The translations under genes and the position numbers were made by a program. Of a stretch of 64,000 nt of DNA, positions 1 to 9,303 are shown piece by piece. The notes beneath the pieces are model-generated. The model was not told the origin of the DNA. It searched no databases and saw only the letters and a program-made list of their open reading frames with translations. The stretch's first letter is position 1, and every line of letters starts with the position of its first letter. The stretch is taken from the NCBI GenBank assembly GCA_963776475.1, contig CAVZMZ010000038.1, forward strand, positions 16,741 through 80,740. The letters run 5' to 3'. Origin of the DNA: an uncultured Chloroflexia bacterium (GTDB taxonomy: Bacteria; Chloroflexota; Anaerolineae; Anaerolineales; Villigracilaceae).

Positions 1-519
1 CCCATTAATCCCTCTGATCATGTCAATCAAACCGATCTGGGCGCGAACGGGCCGGTATTAAATCCGGACCCATTTATTGACAGATCCCCGGCAGGTACGG
101 ATCTTATCCAAGAGGCGCCAATATCCGGGACCCCGGTTGACGTTGATCCGCTGGGTGAGACCATTGCCCACGAAACTTCCATGGGTGAGACGGCCTCCCA
201 TGAAGGCCCTGCAAGCGAAAATGCAGCATCACCGGCCTCTCTGCCTGCATTACCGGGTTCTCTGCTTGGCCGTGAGGAGTCCGAGCAGCTACGCACGCGC
301 TGGAATGAGATCCAGGGCAAGTTTGTGGATGAACCGCGTGCGGCGGTCCAGCAGGCGGATGAGCTGGTATCCGAAGTGGTTCAGAAAATCATCAAGATAT
401 TTGCCAGCGAACACAGCTCGCTGGAAGGCCAGTGGAATCAGGGCATGGATGTTTCTACTGAAGATCTCCGTAAGGCCCTGGTGCAATACCGCACCTTTTT
501 TAACCGTTTGATCGTTTGA
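1..519 (+). CDS. 3' part of a hypothetical protein whose reading frame is open from the window start. The C-terminus carries a conserved-looking W-N-E-I-Q-G-K-F-V-D-E-P helical motif.
   Basis: Frame 1 has no stop from nt 1 to the TGA at 517-519. The track ORF 181..519 is only the part after an internal Met. Composition is coding-like, with no family I can name confidently. Confidence 0.4.
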   Translation, partial: PINPSDHVNQTDLGANGPVLNPDPFIDRSPAGTDLIQEAPISGTPVDVDPLGETIAHETSMGETASHEGPASENAASPASLPALPGSLLGREESEQLRTRWNEIQGKFVDEPRAAVQQADELVSEVVQKIIKIFASEHSSLEGQWNQGMDVSTEDLRKALVQYRTFFNRLIV

Positions 520-682
520 AAACAGATAAGTTAAAAAGGCGATACATTTTCCGTTGAAAGCACCAGGACCGCGGTCTGCGGCTGGTGCTTGAAATTCCCG
601 GATGGGATCGTACGATCAGAACGGCAATTTGTCCGTTTCGATCCATTTTTGCTTTATTCAGTTCTGATGGTCAAAGGATCTC

Positions 683-1939
683 TTGACACTCTTTGATGAT
701 ATTCTGGCACAATTTCCTCCCGAGGTTCAAGCAACCGTTCGTATGATCTGGGAGGCTTTGGGACCCACTGAAAAAGCCGGCTTCCTGTCGTTATTATCCG
801 GATTTCCAACGGATGCAAATTTGGTACGAAGGCTGGTCAAACTGACCACTGCCCAGATCCGGCAGGCATTTGGCCAAAAGCACCGGGTAGCCATCGTTGG
901 GCCGGCCAACGTTGGCAAATCCACCCTTTACAACCAGCTGGTACAAAATAAAGGCGACCTGGCCAGGGTGGGTCCCTTGCCGGGCACCACAACGGTCAAT
1001 CAACAGGCGGATGCGGCTCTGTTTACCGTGGTCGATACACCCGGCGCGGATGCAGTCGGGAGCCTGGGCGAAACCGAAAAGGATCTGGCGCTTTCGGCAG
1101 CCGAAGAGGCCGATTTCCTGGTGCTGGTTTACGACGCCATCCAGGGCATCAAAAAGACCGAGAAGGAACTATTTAACGAACTGTCTTCTCTGAAAAAGCC
1201 TTTCGTGGTGGTGCTGAACAAGATTGACCTGGTGCCCCGCAAGGATTTGCAAAGTGTCATTTCGAGTGCAGCGACAAACCTGGGCTTGAAGCCCGATCAA
1301 ATCGTCCCAATTGCCGCCAAAGACGGCAAGAACCTGGGCAAAGTCCTGTTGGCAGTGGCAGCCACCGAACCTGAGATGGTTTCCGCCCTGGGACAGGCAT
1401 TACCGGAATACCGCTGGCAGCTCGCCTGGCAAACCACCGTCAGGGCAGCCTCGATCTCGGCCGCCATTGCATTGGCGCCGCTGCCGTTCATCGATTTTGC
1501 GCCCCTGGTGATCACGCAGTCGATCATGGTAGTCAGTATTGCCCGCATTTACAACTACAAAATCACCCCACAGCGCGCCACCGAGCTGGTCGCCACTTTT
1601 GGCCTGGGGTTCCTGGGCCGGACGCTTTTCCAGGAGTTGAGCAAGCTGGAAGGGCTTCCGGGCTGGCTGCTAAGCGCCGCGATTGCTTCATCCACAACTG
1701 TGGTGATGGGCTACGCGGCCGTGCGCTGGTTTGATAAAGGCCAAAAGCTTTCGGCGGATGCCATCAATAAGCTTACCCACGAGGTTACCGCTTACCTGCT
1801 CAGTACCCTGAAAAGTCTCGGAAAACGCAAGCCGGGCCAAAAAGGTCTTCAACAGCGTGTGACCCAATCTCTGGAAAACTTGCCCATGGATGAAAGCCTC
1901 CCAGCACATAACCTTGAAACGGATGAAAATAATAATTAA
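683..1939 (+). CDS. GTP-binding protein with an HSR1/50S-ribosome-binding-type G domain and a C-terminal DUF697-like membrane region.
   Basis: P-loop GPANVGKST, G2 GTT, G3 DTPGAD and G4 NKID are present. The C-terminal half is hydrophobic. Confidence 0.6.
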   Translation: MTLFDDILAQFPPEVQATVRMIWEALGPTEKAGFLSLLSGFPTDANLVRRLVKLTTAQIRQAFGQKHRVAIVGPANVGKSTLYNQLVQNKGDLARVGPLPGTTTVNQQADAALFTVVDTPGADAVGSLGETEKDLALSAAEEADFLVLVYDAIQGIKKTEKELFNELSSLKKPFVVVLNKIDLVPRKDLQSVISSAATNLGLKPDQIVPIAAKDGKNLGKVLLAVAATEPEMVSALGQALPEYRWQLAWQTTVRAASISAAIALAPLPFIDFAPLVITQSIMVVSIARIYNYKITPQRATELVATFGLGFLGRTLFQELSKLEGLPGWLLSAAIASSTTVVMGYAAVRWFDKGQKLSADAINKLTHEVTAYLLSTLKSLGKRKPGQKGLQQRVTQSLENLPMDESLPAHNLETDENNN

Positions 1940-1982
1940 GGAATATTTCACTCCCTGAGCCATCCAGGACGGAGGAAACTTT

Positions 1983-3385
1983 TATGAGCAGCCACAATCG
2001 TTTCCCGGTTGAGCACGTCATTGTTCTCATGCTTGAGAACCGTTCTTACGACCATATGCTGGGTTACCTGCCCAACGGCCATGGACTGAAGGGCGATGAA
2101 TTCAATCTGGTCGATCCGTCCGACCCTGCCTCCGAGCGAGTTCTTGGTGAGCAACCGGGCTGACTATATTTCTGCCAACCCCGGGCATGATTTTGAAAGT
2201 GTCGAAATTCAGCTGTATGGCCAGGTTGGAGCGGTCGTGGATCCTGCGCCAATGAATGGCTTCGTCGCTGACCATATTGAAGAAGAGGGAAATATCGATG
2301 CGGGCAGGAAGATCATGGAATGCTTCGACCCTGACAAGCTCCCGGCGTTGACCACCCTGGCGCGCGAATTCTGTATCTGTGACCGCTGGTTCTCAGCGGT
2401 GCCAGGTCCCACCTGGCTAAACCGCTTCTTTGTTCATTCTGCAACGAGTGACGGGATGATCATCGATACTGTCAAACATAATTACAGGATGAAAACCATT
2501 TTTGACGTGCTTGGCAAGAATGGATTGTCATGGAATATCTATTATGGCGATATTCCTCAAAGCTTGGTCCTGGAGCATCACTGGCGGGCTCTGGAGCACT
2601 TTAAGCGCTTCGAAAAATTCTACGCGGATATAGAGAAGGGTGAGCTGGCCGCCTACTCTTTCATCGAGCCGCGTTTCATGAACTTTCATGAGTTTAAAGC
2701 AAATGATCAACATCCACCGCATGATGTGAAGCTGGGCGAATACCTCATAGCCGAGGTTTATGATACCCTGCGTAACAGTCCGCTTTGGGAGAAGAGCCTG
2801 CTCGTCGTACTCTATGATGAACATGGGGGCTTTTACGATCATGTCCCGCCGCCTGGCCGGGTGCCCAGCCCGGATGGGAAGAAGTCCAAGCATCCGCCCT
2901 TCGATTTCACCCGCCTGGGAGTGCGCGTCCCGGCCATCCTTGTTTCGCCTTATGTGGAAAAGGGCCAGGTGGATTCAACCATTTATGAACATTCCTCTTT
3001 GCCCGCCACGATCAGAACCCTGTTCAACTTGCCCGAAGGTCTGACGGCCAGGGACAAGGCTGCCAACACCTTCGAGAAGAATCTCTCCCGCAGCACTCCC
3101 CGCACCGACACGCCGCTCACGCTTCCGGTGCCGGGCGAAGCCGAAGAGATCCGCCGCCACCGTGAACTGCTCCGTATTAATGCACTGGAAAATTGGCGCC
3201 GGGGTGAAGTTGACCAGGCACAGATATCCTATGATCCTGTTTCCGACTTCCAGGAGTCGCTCGTAATGCTTGGGCATCTACTCAACAAGAAAGCGCACGG
3301 GAAAGCACATACTGACCCCATCCGGACCGAGCATGAGGCTGCCATTCATATCCACGAAAGCCTGGCTCGATTCCTGGAAAAATAA
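1983..3385 (+). CDS. Phosphoesterase family protein (phospholipase C / acid phosphatase AcpA type) with an apparent frameshift near 2130-2150.
   Basis: ORF 1983..2162 encodes the N-terminus, VIVLMLENRSYDHMLG, in one frame. The next frame (ORF 2096..3385) continues with ADYISANPGHDFESV and the rest of the family-typical sequence. Confidence 0.65.
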
Positions 3386-3448
3386 TTAGGTGTATCCATA
3401 TTGAGGTAACCCGATCCGACATCCTGGCGAATTGATGAAGTCTGATGC

Positions 3449-3516
3449 CTCCCCCAAGTGGCGGAGACAAACACTCCCCTGCGGATGGATGCGGACGGGG
3501 AGTGTTCGTTGTACCA
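3449..3516 (+). repeat. Copy 1 of a ~67-bp repeated palindromic element (CTCCCCCAAGTGGCGGAGACAAACACTCCCC...GGGGAGTGTT). It forms a GC-rich hairpin 64 nt downstream of the phosphoesterase gene and is terminator-like.
   Basis: About 85% identical to 6191-6257. The inverted repeat ACAAACACTCCCC/GGGGAGTGTTcGT has a ~17-nt loop. Confidence 0.6.
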
Positions 3517-3523
3517 TGAAACT

Positions 3524-3895
3524 ATGACACGCGTATATTTAGCCGATGCCCAACACGAAGAACGCTCTGCCCTTCGTCTGTTGCTGCTGGACCTCAACAT
3601 GGAAGTGGTCGGTGAGGCCGCCGATTGGACCACTACTTTGGCCCAGGCCCCGGCGACCTGCCTGGATATGCTGTTGGTGGACTGGGACTTGCTGCCTGTT
3701 GATCTGGGAATGCAATCCCTGGTTGTATTGCGCCAGGCCTGTCCAAATGCGATCGTGGTTGTGCTCATCAGTCATCTGGATGCCCGCCATCAGGCCGCCC
3801 TCTCCGCCGGCGCGGATGCATTTATCAGCAAAGGAGAGACTCCTGAACGCGTCGCCGAACGCCTGCGAGCCGCGGCAGAGAGCATCCGCCTTTAG
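3524..3895 (+). CDS. Single-domain response-regulator receiver protein (CheY-like).
   Basis: Receiver signature residues are present: LLVDWD (phospho-Asp), VVVLIS (Ser/Thr) and FISKGE (Lys). The track ORF starts at 3458 inside the upstream repeat; Met 3524 is the more likely start. Confidence 0.55.
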   Translation: MTRVYLADAQHEERSALRLLLLDLNMEVVGEAADWTTTLAQAPATCLDMLLVDWDLLPVDLGMQSLVVLRQACPNAIVVVLISHLDARHQAALSAGADAFISKGETPERVAERLRAAAESIRL

Positions 3896-4038
3896 GTTTT
3901 TGCCGGGCGAGTCTCAAAACGGGCAAGTGGTTTGAAAAACCGGCGCAATAAGCTGCCCCGAGCGCCCTGTTCAAAAGCCAGGACTATCTCGCCGGCGCAA
4001 ACTGGGACAGCTTTTTCAAATGATCGGAGGATCAAACG

Positions 4039-4278
4039 ATGAACAAAGATATATTAGCAGGAAAATGGAAACAAATCCGAGGCGAGGCTAAAGCCTGGTG
4101 GGGCAAACTCACCGACGATGACCTGGACCGGGCCGCCGGCAAGTTCGACGTTCTGGCTGGCGTGCTTCAGGAAAAGTACGGCTACACCCGCCAACGCGCT
4201 GCCGATGAAATCGACAAGCATGTGACGCAGTATGAGGCCAACCTGAAAAAGGAACCGGCGCCCGTCCCCACCAAATGA
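4039..4278 (+). CDS. CsbD family stress-response protein.
   Basis: A 79-aa protein with the typical CsbD sequence GKWKQIRGEAKAWWGKLTDDDLD...KYGYTRQRAADEIDKH. An RBS GGAGG sits upstream. Confidence 0.8.
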   Translation: MNKDILAGKWKQIRGEAKAWWGKLTDDDLDRAAGKFDVLAGVLQEKYGYTRQRAADEIDKHVTQYEANLKKEPAPVPTK

Positions 4279-4376
4279 AAGAAGAGGTGCACTGACCCCT
4301 CTCCCCGGAAAGCGAATAATTAACAAACATACACGGTATTCCGTGCAATCTGGACCTACTCATAGGAGATACGAAA

Positions 4377-4637
4377 ATGAATATCATCATCTACTTGATT
4401 GTTGCCGCAGTGATCGGTTGGATCGCGACCGAGCTCATGCATGACCGTTCGAACCTGCTCATTAATATCGTTGTGGCTGTCCTGGGTGCATTCCTGGCCG
4501 GTTACTTCCTCAGCCCCATCTTCCATGTTGGGACGATCAACCAGGCCATCACCATTCCAACCATGCTGTTGACACTTGCGGGGGCCGTCATCCTGCTGTT
4601 TGTAGTCAATCTCTTCCGCAGAAGCAGCCGGCGCTGA
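4377..4637 (+). CDS. GlsB/YeaQ/YmgE family transglycosylase-associated membrane protein.
   Basis: An 86-aa protein with two to three TM segments. The motif IIWIATELMH and a G-rich helix are typical of the family. Confidence 0.8.
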   Translation: MNIIIYLIVAAVIGWIATELMHDRSNLLINIVVAVLGAFLAGYFLSPIFHVGTINQAITIPTMLLTLAGAVILLFVVNLFRRSSRR

Positions 4638-4704
4638 CGCTAGTTTTACAAAATTCTGGAAATACAGGCCGGTTGCCCCGTAGCAACCATTTCGTAGAGT
4701 TGTT

Positions 4705-5148
4705 GTGAAGAACCGGCCTGATTGCTTTCATCAAGTAAAGGAGCTCAAATTGTCAGTCAACACGGTATCAGAAGTTCAAACGACCCAAAAAGAACCTGGA
4801 CGCGAACGACAAATTTTTACTTTCAAAGCCACCCAGGTTGTCTGGCTGTTACTCAGCATATTCGAAGCACTGCTGGCGCTGCGCTTCGTCTTGAAACTGA
4901 TCGGGGCTAACCCGGCCAGCCCGTTTGCGGTTGCTCTTTATGGTTTCACCGGCCTATTCCTGTTCCCCTTTACAAGCTTGATCGGGGCGCCTGCGGTGGG
5001 CGGCATGGTCCTGGAAGTCTCGACCTTGATTGCCATGCTGGTCTATGGCCTGATCGCATGGGCGGTTGAAAGAATAATCTTTGTGATCTTCTACCGTCCG
5101 CGCGGACCCGTCACGGAAACCACCACCACCGATCAGCATTCGCAATGA
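4705..5148 (+). CDS. YggT family membrane protein (probable).
   Basis: Hydrophobic YggT-like repeat segments (LRFVLKLIGANPASPF, LEVSTLIAMLVYGLI). The exact start is uncertain. Confidence 0.55.
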   Translation: MKNRPDCFHQVKELKLSVNTVSEVQTTQKEPGRERQIFTFKATQVVWLLLSIFEALLALRFVLKLIGANPASPFAVALYGFTGLFLFPFTSLIGAPAVGGMVLEVSTLIAMLVYGLIAWAVERIIFVIFYRPRGPVTETTTTDQHSQ

Positions 5149-5162
5149 AATAGAGGGAAAGT

Positions 5163-5354
5163 ATGGACACTTCGTCTGATAATTACAAATCGAATCCTGG
5201 TACCCAATCAGGCCCCTTACAGGCTTTATTTGGGACGATCGAAAGCCTCATCAGACGGGTGATCGGATTATTTACACTGACGGATGATGAGCAGTCGCAG
5301 GCTGGCATCTATCTGGGCGGCGAAGGCCGTGATTTTGATCAAGGAGATGAATAA
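5163..5354 (+). CDS. Small hypothetical protein (63 aa).
   Basis: An RBS GAGGGAAAG lies before the ATG. No recognisable family. Confidence 0.3.
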   Translation: MDTSSDNYKSNPGTQSGPLQALFGTIESLIRRVIGLFTLTDDEQSQAGIYLGGEGRDFDQGDE

Positions 5355-5355
5355 A

Positions 5356-5709
5356 ATGGAAAACAATACCGAAGAGAACGTCTACAACAAGTTTGGACCT
5401 TTGACCGTATTAATTGGCGCGCTGGTCGGCGGCCTGGCCGGGGCAACCGCAATGTGGCTGTTTGCACCCCAATCCGGAAGACGGACACGCGCCCAAATTC
5501 AAAACAAAACCATCCAGTTGCGTGACCGGACAACTACGAATATCAAGAAAGCGGTTGCCCAGGTACGCTCCGAAACCGGCAAGCTCACGGCTGGAGTATC
5601 GGAGAAGGCCGGGGAACTGAAGCAGCTTGGCCAGGATAAGCTCGTTCAACAGATGGACCGCGTGACCGCAGCTCTGGACGCCGGCAAAACGGCGGTTGAG
5701 ACTGCCTGA
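5356..5709 (+). CDS. YtxH domain-containing protein.
   Basis: An N-terminal TM segment (FGPLTVLIGALVGGLAGATAMWLFAP) is followed by an apolipoprotein-like helical region. The ATG at 5356 sits 10 nt after AAGGAG. Confidence 0.65.
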   Translation: MENNTEENVYNKFGPLTVLIGALVGGLAGATAMWLFAPQSGRRTRAQIQNKTIQLRDRTTTNIKKAVAQVRSETGKLTAGVSEKAGELKQLGQDKLVQQMDRVTAALDAGKTAVETA

Positions 5710-5797
5710 GATCAGATCATCCATATCCGCCCTGGCGGCTGACAAGGATCGCTGATCCGAAAGCCGCCATTCATTCAGGTTTGAGAGGAGCACCACC

Positions 5798-5983
5798 ATG
5801 AGATTCACTAAAAATATCGGCTTCCTGTTGTTAGCAATCTTCCTCATCTTGTACGGGCTGATCGCATTACTCAGTTTGAGCTTTGCGGGCCTGGGCGTGA
5901 TCATGGGGCTGCTTGGCCATTGCGGCTGGAGTCTTCATCCTGCTGGGCCGCTAAGCGACCTCCACCCGGCATTGAGCCGGTGA
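5798..5983 (+). CDS. Small hydrophobic membrane protein (61 aa), hypothetical.
   Basis: An RBS GAGAGGAG precedes the ATG. There are two predicted TM helices. Confidence 0.35.
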   Translation: MRFTKNIGFLLLAIFLILYGLIALLSLSFAGLGVIMGLLGHCGWSLHPAGPLSDLHPALSR

Positions 5984-6013
5984 CCTAGTATTGACCGATA
6001 AAGGAGAAACCTT

Positions 6014-6172
6014 ATGATTTGGACCATCATTGTAATTCTATTAATTTTATGGCTGCTCGGCTTTTTCGGCCGGAGGATCAGCCCAAGCTTCCCGCAGACC
6101 GGTGGTTGGATCCACACTCTGCTCGTTATTGTGATCATCCTGGTTATTTTGAGCCTCCTGCACGTCATATAG
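6014..6172 (+). CDS. lmo0937-family small membrane protein (52 aa).
   Basis: It is too short for the track. An RBS AAGGAG lies 7 nt upstream. The sequence MIWTIIVILLILWLLGFFGRR...IHTLLVIVIILVIL is characteristic of the family. Confidence 0.5.
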   Translation: MIWTIIVILLILWLLGFFGRRISPSFPQTGGWIHTLLVIVIILVILSLLHVI

Positions 6173-6190
6173 CTTTGTGCGTGGCAGGGT

Positions 6191-6257
6191 CTCCCCCAAG
6201 TGGCGGAGACAAACACTCCCCGGCGGATGGATGTAGCCGGGGAGTGTTTATTGTATG
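6191..6257 (+). repeat. Copy 2 of the ~67-bp repeated palindromic element. It has a perfect 14-bp GC-rich stem (6211-6224/6236-6249) and an 11-nt loop, followed by UUUAUUGUAU. It lies 19 nt after the lmo0937-like gene and looks like an intrinsic terminator.
   Basis: The inverted repeat was read directly from the sequence. It is near-identical to copy 1, with compensatory stem changes between the two copies. Confidence 0.6.
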
Positions 6258-6298
6258 ATAAGTTTATGCTTTACATACGGAAAGCTAGAGTTGTCTGG

Positions 6299-7237
6299 AT
6301 GCATCGACATCTGTCTATTGCCGTTATCTCGGCATTGATACTGTTGTTGCTGACCCTGGTAGCTTGCGGAACCCTGCCAGGGGCTCCCACCGCGCCAGAC
6401 GTGGTCATAGTCCTGGGTACGCCTGCGGGAACAAGCGACCAGGCAAATCTCATTGCTGCACTGACCCAGGAGCAGAATAATTCCGATTTCCAGGCGGCAG
6501 CCACCGCCGAAATTGTACGCGCCAATGCCCAGGCAACCTTGAATTCCGCCAACGCAACCTTGAACGCGGTTCAAACCCAGAACCAAGACAATGCCAATCT
6601 CGTCGCGGCCCAGATCGCGGCCACGGCCGAATTTATCCGTGCCAACGCGCAGGCGACTCTGGTTGCAGCCGTCTCGACACAGAGCGCCGCGTTAACCCAG
6701 GACGCGATGCGGCAGACCCAGACACAGTACGATTTGCAGGTGACGCAGGCCGCCGGGACACAGAGTGCGGATGCCATCCTGGCCCAGCAATATAAAAACG
6801 ATCTTGCCTCAGGCACCCAGACGGCGGTTGCCAATAATATCGCCACGCAAACCCAGGTGGCCGTGGTGACAGCCCAATTTTATGCCGACCAATCACGCCA
6901 GGTCGCTGCGCAAAGGCAAGTACCGCTCACTTTCCTATTGGTGTGGTGCCTGCCAGCATTTCTTGTGGTGGCAGCGGTTTTGGTTATTTGGGGAATCTGG
7001 CGCGGGATCAGGATTCAGCAGGCCAACCAGCGTATTCTCGACAATCCCAGCGAAAAGTTACCGCCACCTGAACGACCTCAACAAGATGATTCCTCGGCGT
7101 ATTCTGATAGAGACATTATCGATAGTCACTTTAAACTCACAAAGCCGGTTGACCAGTCACGCCGATGGATCGATGAAGTCAAGCGCAAGCTGCTGAGCAG
7201 CGATAAGAAAGATGAAGATGATCATACCGACGATTGA
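6299..7237 (+). CDS. Hypothetical Ala/Gln/Thr-rich lipoprotein-like protein with internal tandem repeats and a TM segment near the C-terminus.
   Basis: The start has a signal peptide and lipobox-like LVACG. The repeats AATAEIVRANAQATL and AATAEFIRANAQATL are present. The tail is acidic. The track start at 6200 is an artefact of the upstream repeat. Confidence 0.5.
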   Translation: MHRHLSIAVISALILLLLTLVACGTLPGAPTAPDVVIVLGTPAGTSDQANLIAALTQEQNNSDFQAAATAEIVRANAQATLNSANATLNAVQTQNQDNANLVAAQIAATAEFIRANAQATLVAAVSTQSAALTQDAMRQTQTQYDLQVTQAAGTQSADAILAQQYKNDLASGTQTAVANNIATQTQVAVVTAQFYADQSRQVAAQRQVPLTFLLVWCLPAFLVVAAVLVIWGIWRGIRIQQANQRILDNPSEKLPPPERPQQDDSSAYSDRDIIDSHFKLTKPVDQSRRWIDEVKRKLLSSDKKDEDDHTDD

Positions 7238-7871
7238 TCCACGTCATTTCGATCCTAAAGTTCGGCGGATCAGGATGCAGGTATCGGCAATCCTGAGAAA
7301 ATGGGGATTGCTGCCCCGCTTTAAACGCTGGCGGTTGACTCAAGACCCAGGCACTGGAATGATGGTACTGTTTGGCATACTCAATAACAAATATATTGCC
7401 ACGCATACCTCCATCCCATTCAGTGATTACTTCGATCCGCGCTTGTTGCATGATCTCGCCAATGACCTGCAGATGGAAGTAGTGTCTTGCAACAGCGATG
7501 GTCTCCGATATGCCTTCATCCTGGAGCGTGGCTCACTGGTCAAATTACCCACACACATCGACTATCCCTTCCTGGAGGGTGACAGGCTTTTTGTCCGTGT
7601 CGTCTACGCCGATCAGCCGGTAGCTGAATTGATGACCCCGCAAGTCAAGTCAGTTCCACCCTTTACTGTCGAGAGTGTTGAAGATCGAACCCTGGTCAAC
7701 CGGGATGTAATTGCTTTCTTGAAAGTTTTGGATGATATTAAACTAAAGGAGGAGGCTGCCTCAAAACTCGCGGCTCAAGGTCTGCCGGATGTTGTTGCGA
7801 TAGATCAGGCAGAATTCAATAAACGAGTAGCCGAGCACAAGGATGTTTGGCAGAAGCTCCACCCAGCTTAG
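7212..7871 (+). CDS. Hypothetical protein (219 aa).
   Basis: A long ORF of coding-like composition that overlaps the previous gene's end. No family recognised. Confidence 0.45.
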   Translation: MKMIIPTIDPRHFDPKVRRIRMQVSAILRKWGLLPRFKRWRLTQDPGTGMMVLFGILNNKYIATHTSIPFSDYFDPRLLHDLANDLQMEVVSCNSDGLRYAFILERGSLVKLPTHIDYPFLEGDRLFVRVVYADQPVAELMTPQVKSVPPFTVESVEDRTLVNRDVIAFLKVLDDIKLKEEAASKLAAQGLPDVVAIDQAEFNKRVAEHKDVWQKLHPA

Positions 7872-8025
7872 AAGATTGCTGCGATTGTTTGGATTTACCC
7901 AATCGTTTTTCTGTCATGTAAAAGACACAGATTGCCCGCATAACCTCAGCAGAACCCGGCCTCCCTTCAATAAGTAAGGGAGGCTACAAAAAGCAGCACA
8001 AAAAGAACAGAAAGTATGGAGAAGC

Positions 8026-9303
8026 ATGGCATTCGAATCACCTTCGCAACTGTATAACTGGACCTTCCGGCGGGTCGTGTGGGCCACCCTCGTCCTGGTT
8101 CTTGTTGCGCTTGGATTCTGGCTGCTTTACCGGTTTAACCAGGTAGTATTCATCTTGTTCATCGCCATCGTCCTGGGCACGGTCATCCGGCCGATCGTAA
8201 CCTGGCTTCACCGGCGCGGACTCCCCCGCATGCTCGGGCTCATTCTTGTTTACATCCTGCTGCTCGCCCTGTTTATCAGTTTCGTACTTTTGTTGGTTCC
8301 ATTGATCCTCAAGCAAGGCACTACGATTACTGCCGCGGTCCCGGGTTACTATCAGAGCCTGCGCGGATGGATGGTTAATTACCCAAATCAGTTGATGGTG
8401 CGCCTGGGTGCGTTTCTCCCGGCGACATTACCAAGTCTGATGCCGGTACTCCAGCCAACCGGACCTCAGGTGCTGGCTACTGCAGAGCAGGCACTGGGTT
8501 ATATATCCATGACGGCGAGGAGCATATTTACAGCCATCGTTATTCTGGTTTTAGCTTTTTACTGGACGCTGGATGGACCGCGTACCATCCAGTCCTTGTT
8601 ATTATTGGTTCCACAAGGCCAGCGCGAGAGCATTAGCCAACTTATATCGGCCATGGAAACCAAGGTGAGTTCCTTCATTGCCGGACAAGGTGTTCTTTGC
8701 CTGGTCATAGGCATCCTGGCGCTGATTTCTTATCTGATCATTGGCTTACCCAATGCCCTGGTGCTGGCCCTGGTGGCGGGCATTATGGAGGCCGTACCGA
8801 TGATCGGGCCTTTGCTTGGCGCCACCGCCGCAGGGCTGGTTGCCTTGTCCATTGCGCCTATCAAGCTGGTTTGGGTTATTATCGCGACAGTCATTATTCA
8901 GCAATTGGAGAACAACTTGCTGGTGCCACGCGTTATGCGTAAGGCAGTGGGGGTCAATCCTTTTGTCACCTTGTTGGCGTTTTTTGCTTTTAGCTCCTTG
9001 TTCGGCATAGCCGGCGCACTCATGGCGATTCCCATGGCAGCCATTATCCAGCTCTTGCTGGATCGCTTCGTCTTTCATACGGCAGTGCTGGAATCGGAGG
9101 TTTCGTCCGGACGTGATTATGCCAGCCGGCTGCGCTATGAAGCCCAGGACCTGGCCCAGGATCTGCGTAAACAGGCGCGGCTCACGAAAGGCGGCTCAGC
9201 TCTGAGGATCAAGCAGATTGACCAGGTTCTGGATGAAATCGAAACCATTACTACCGACCTCGATGCACTGCTGGCTCAGGTCCACACAACAGGCGCGTTA
9301 TGA
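8026..9303 (+). CDS. AI-2E family transporter (PerM/UPF0118).
   Basis: Eight TM segments and the conserved C-terminal motif LLVPRVMRKAVGVNPFVTLLA. An RBS GGAGAAG lies upstream. Confidence 0.8.
   Translation: MAFESPSQLYNWTFRRVVWATLVLVLVALGFWLLYRFNQVVFILFIAIVLGTVIRPIVTWLHRRGLPRMLGLILVYILLLALFISFVLLLVPLILKQGTTITAAVPGYYQSLRGWMVNYPNQLMVRLGAFLPATLPSLMPVLQPTGPQVLATAEQALGYISMTARSIFTAIVILVLAFYWTLDGPRTIQSLLLLVPQGQRESISQLISAMETKVSSFIAGQGVLCLVIGILALISYLIIGLPNALVLALVAGIMEAVPMIGPLLGATAAGLVALSIAPIKLVWVIIATVIIQQLENNLLVPRVMRKAVGVNPFVTLLAFFAFSSLFGIAGALMAIPMAAIIQLLLDRFVFHTAVLESEVSSGRDYASRLRYEAQDLAQDLRKQARLTKGGSALRIKQIDQVLDEIETITTDLDALLAQVHTTGAL

Noticed and set aside
3546-3935. Overlapping alternative-frame ORFs across the receiver-domain gene (3346..3768-, 3539..3790-, 3546..3935+).
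   Set aside because: They contain no motifs. The receiver-domain frame explains the region.
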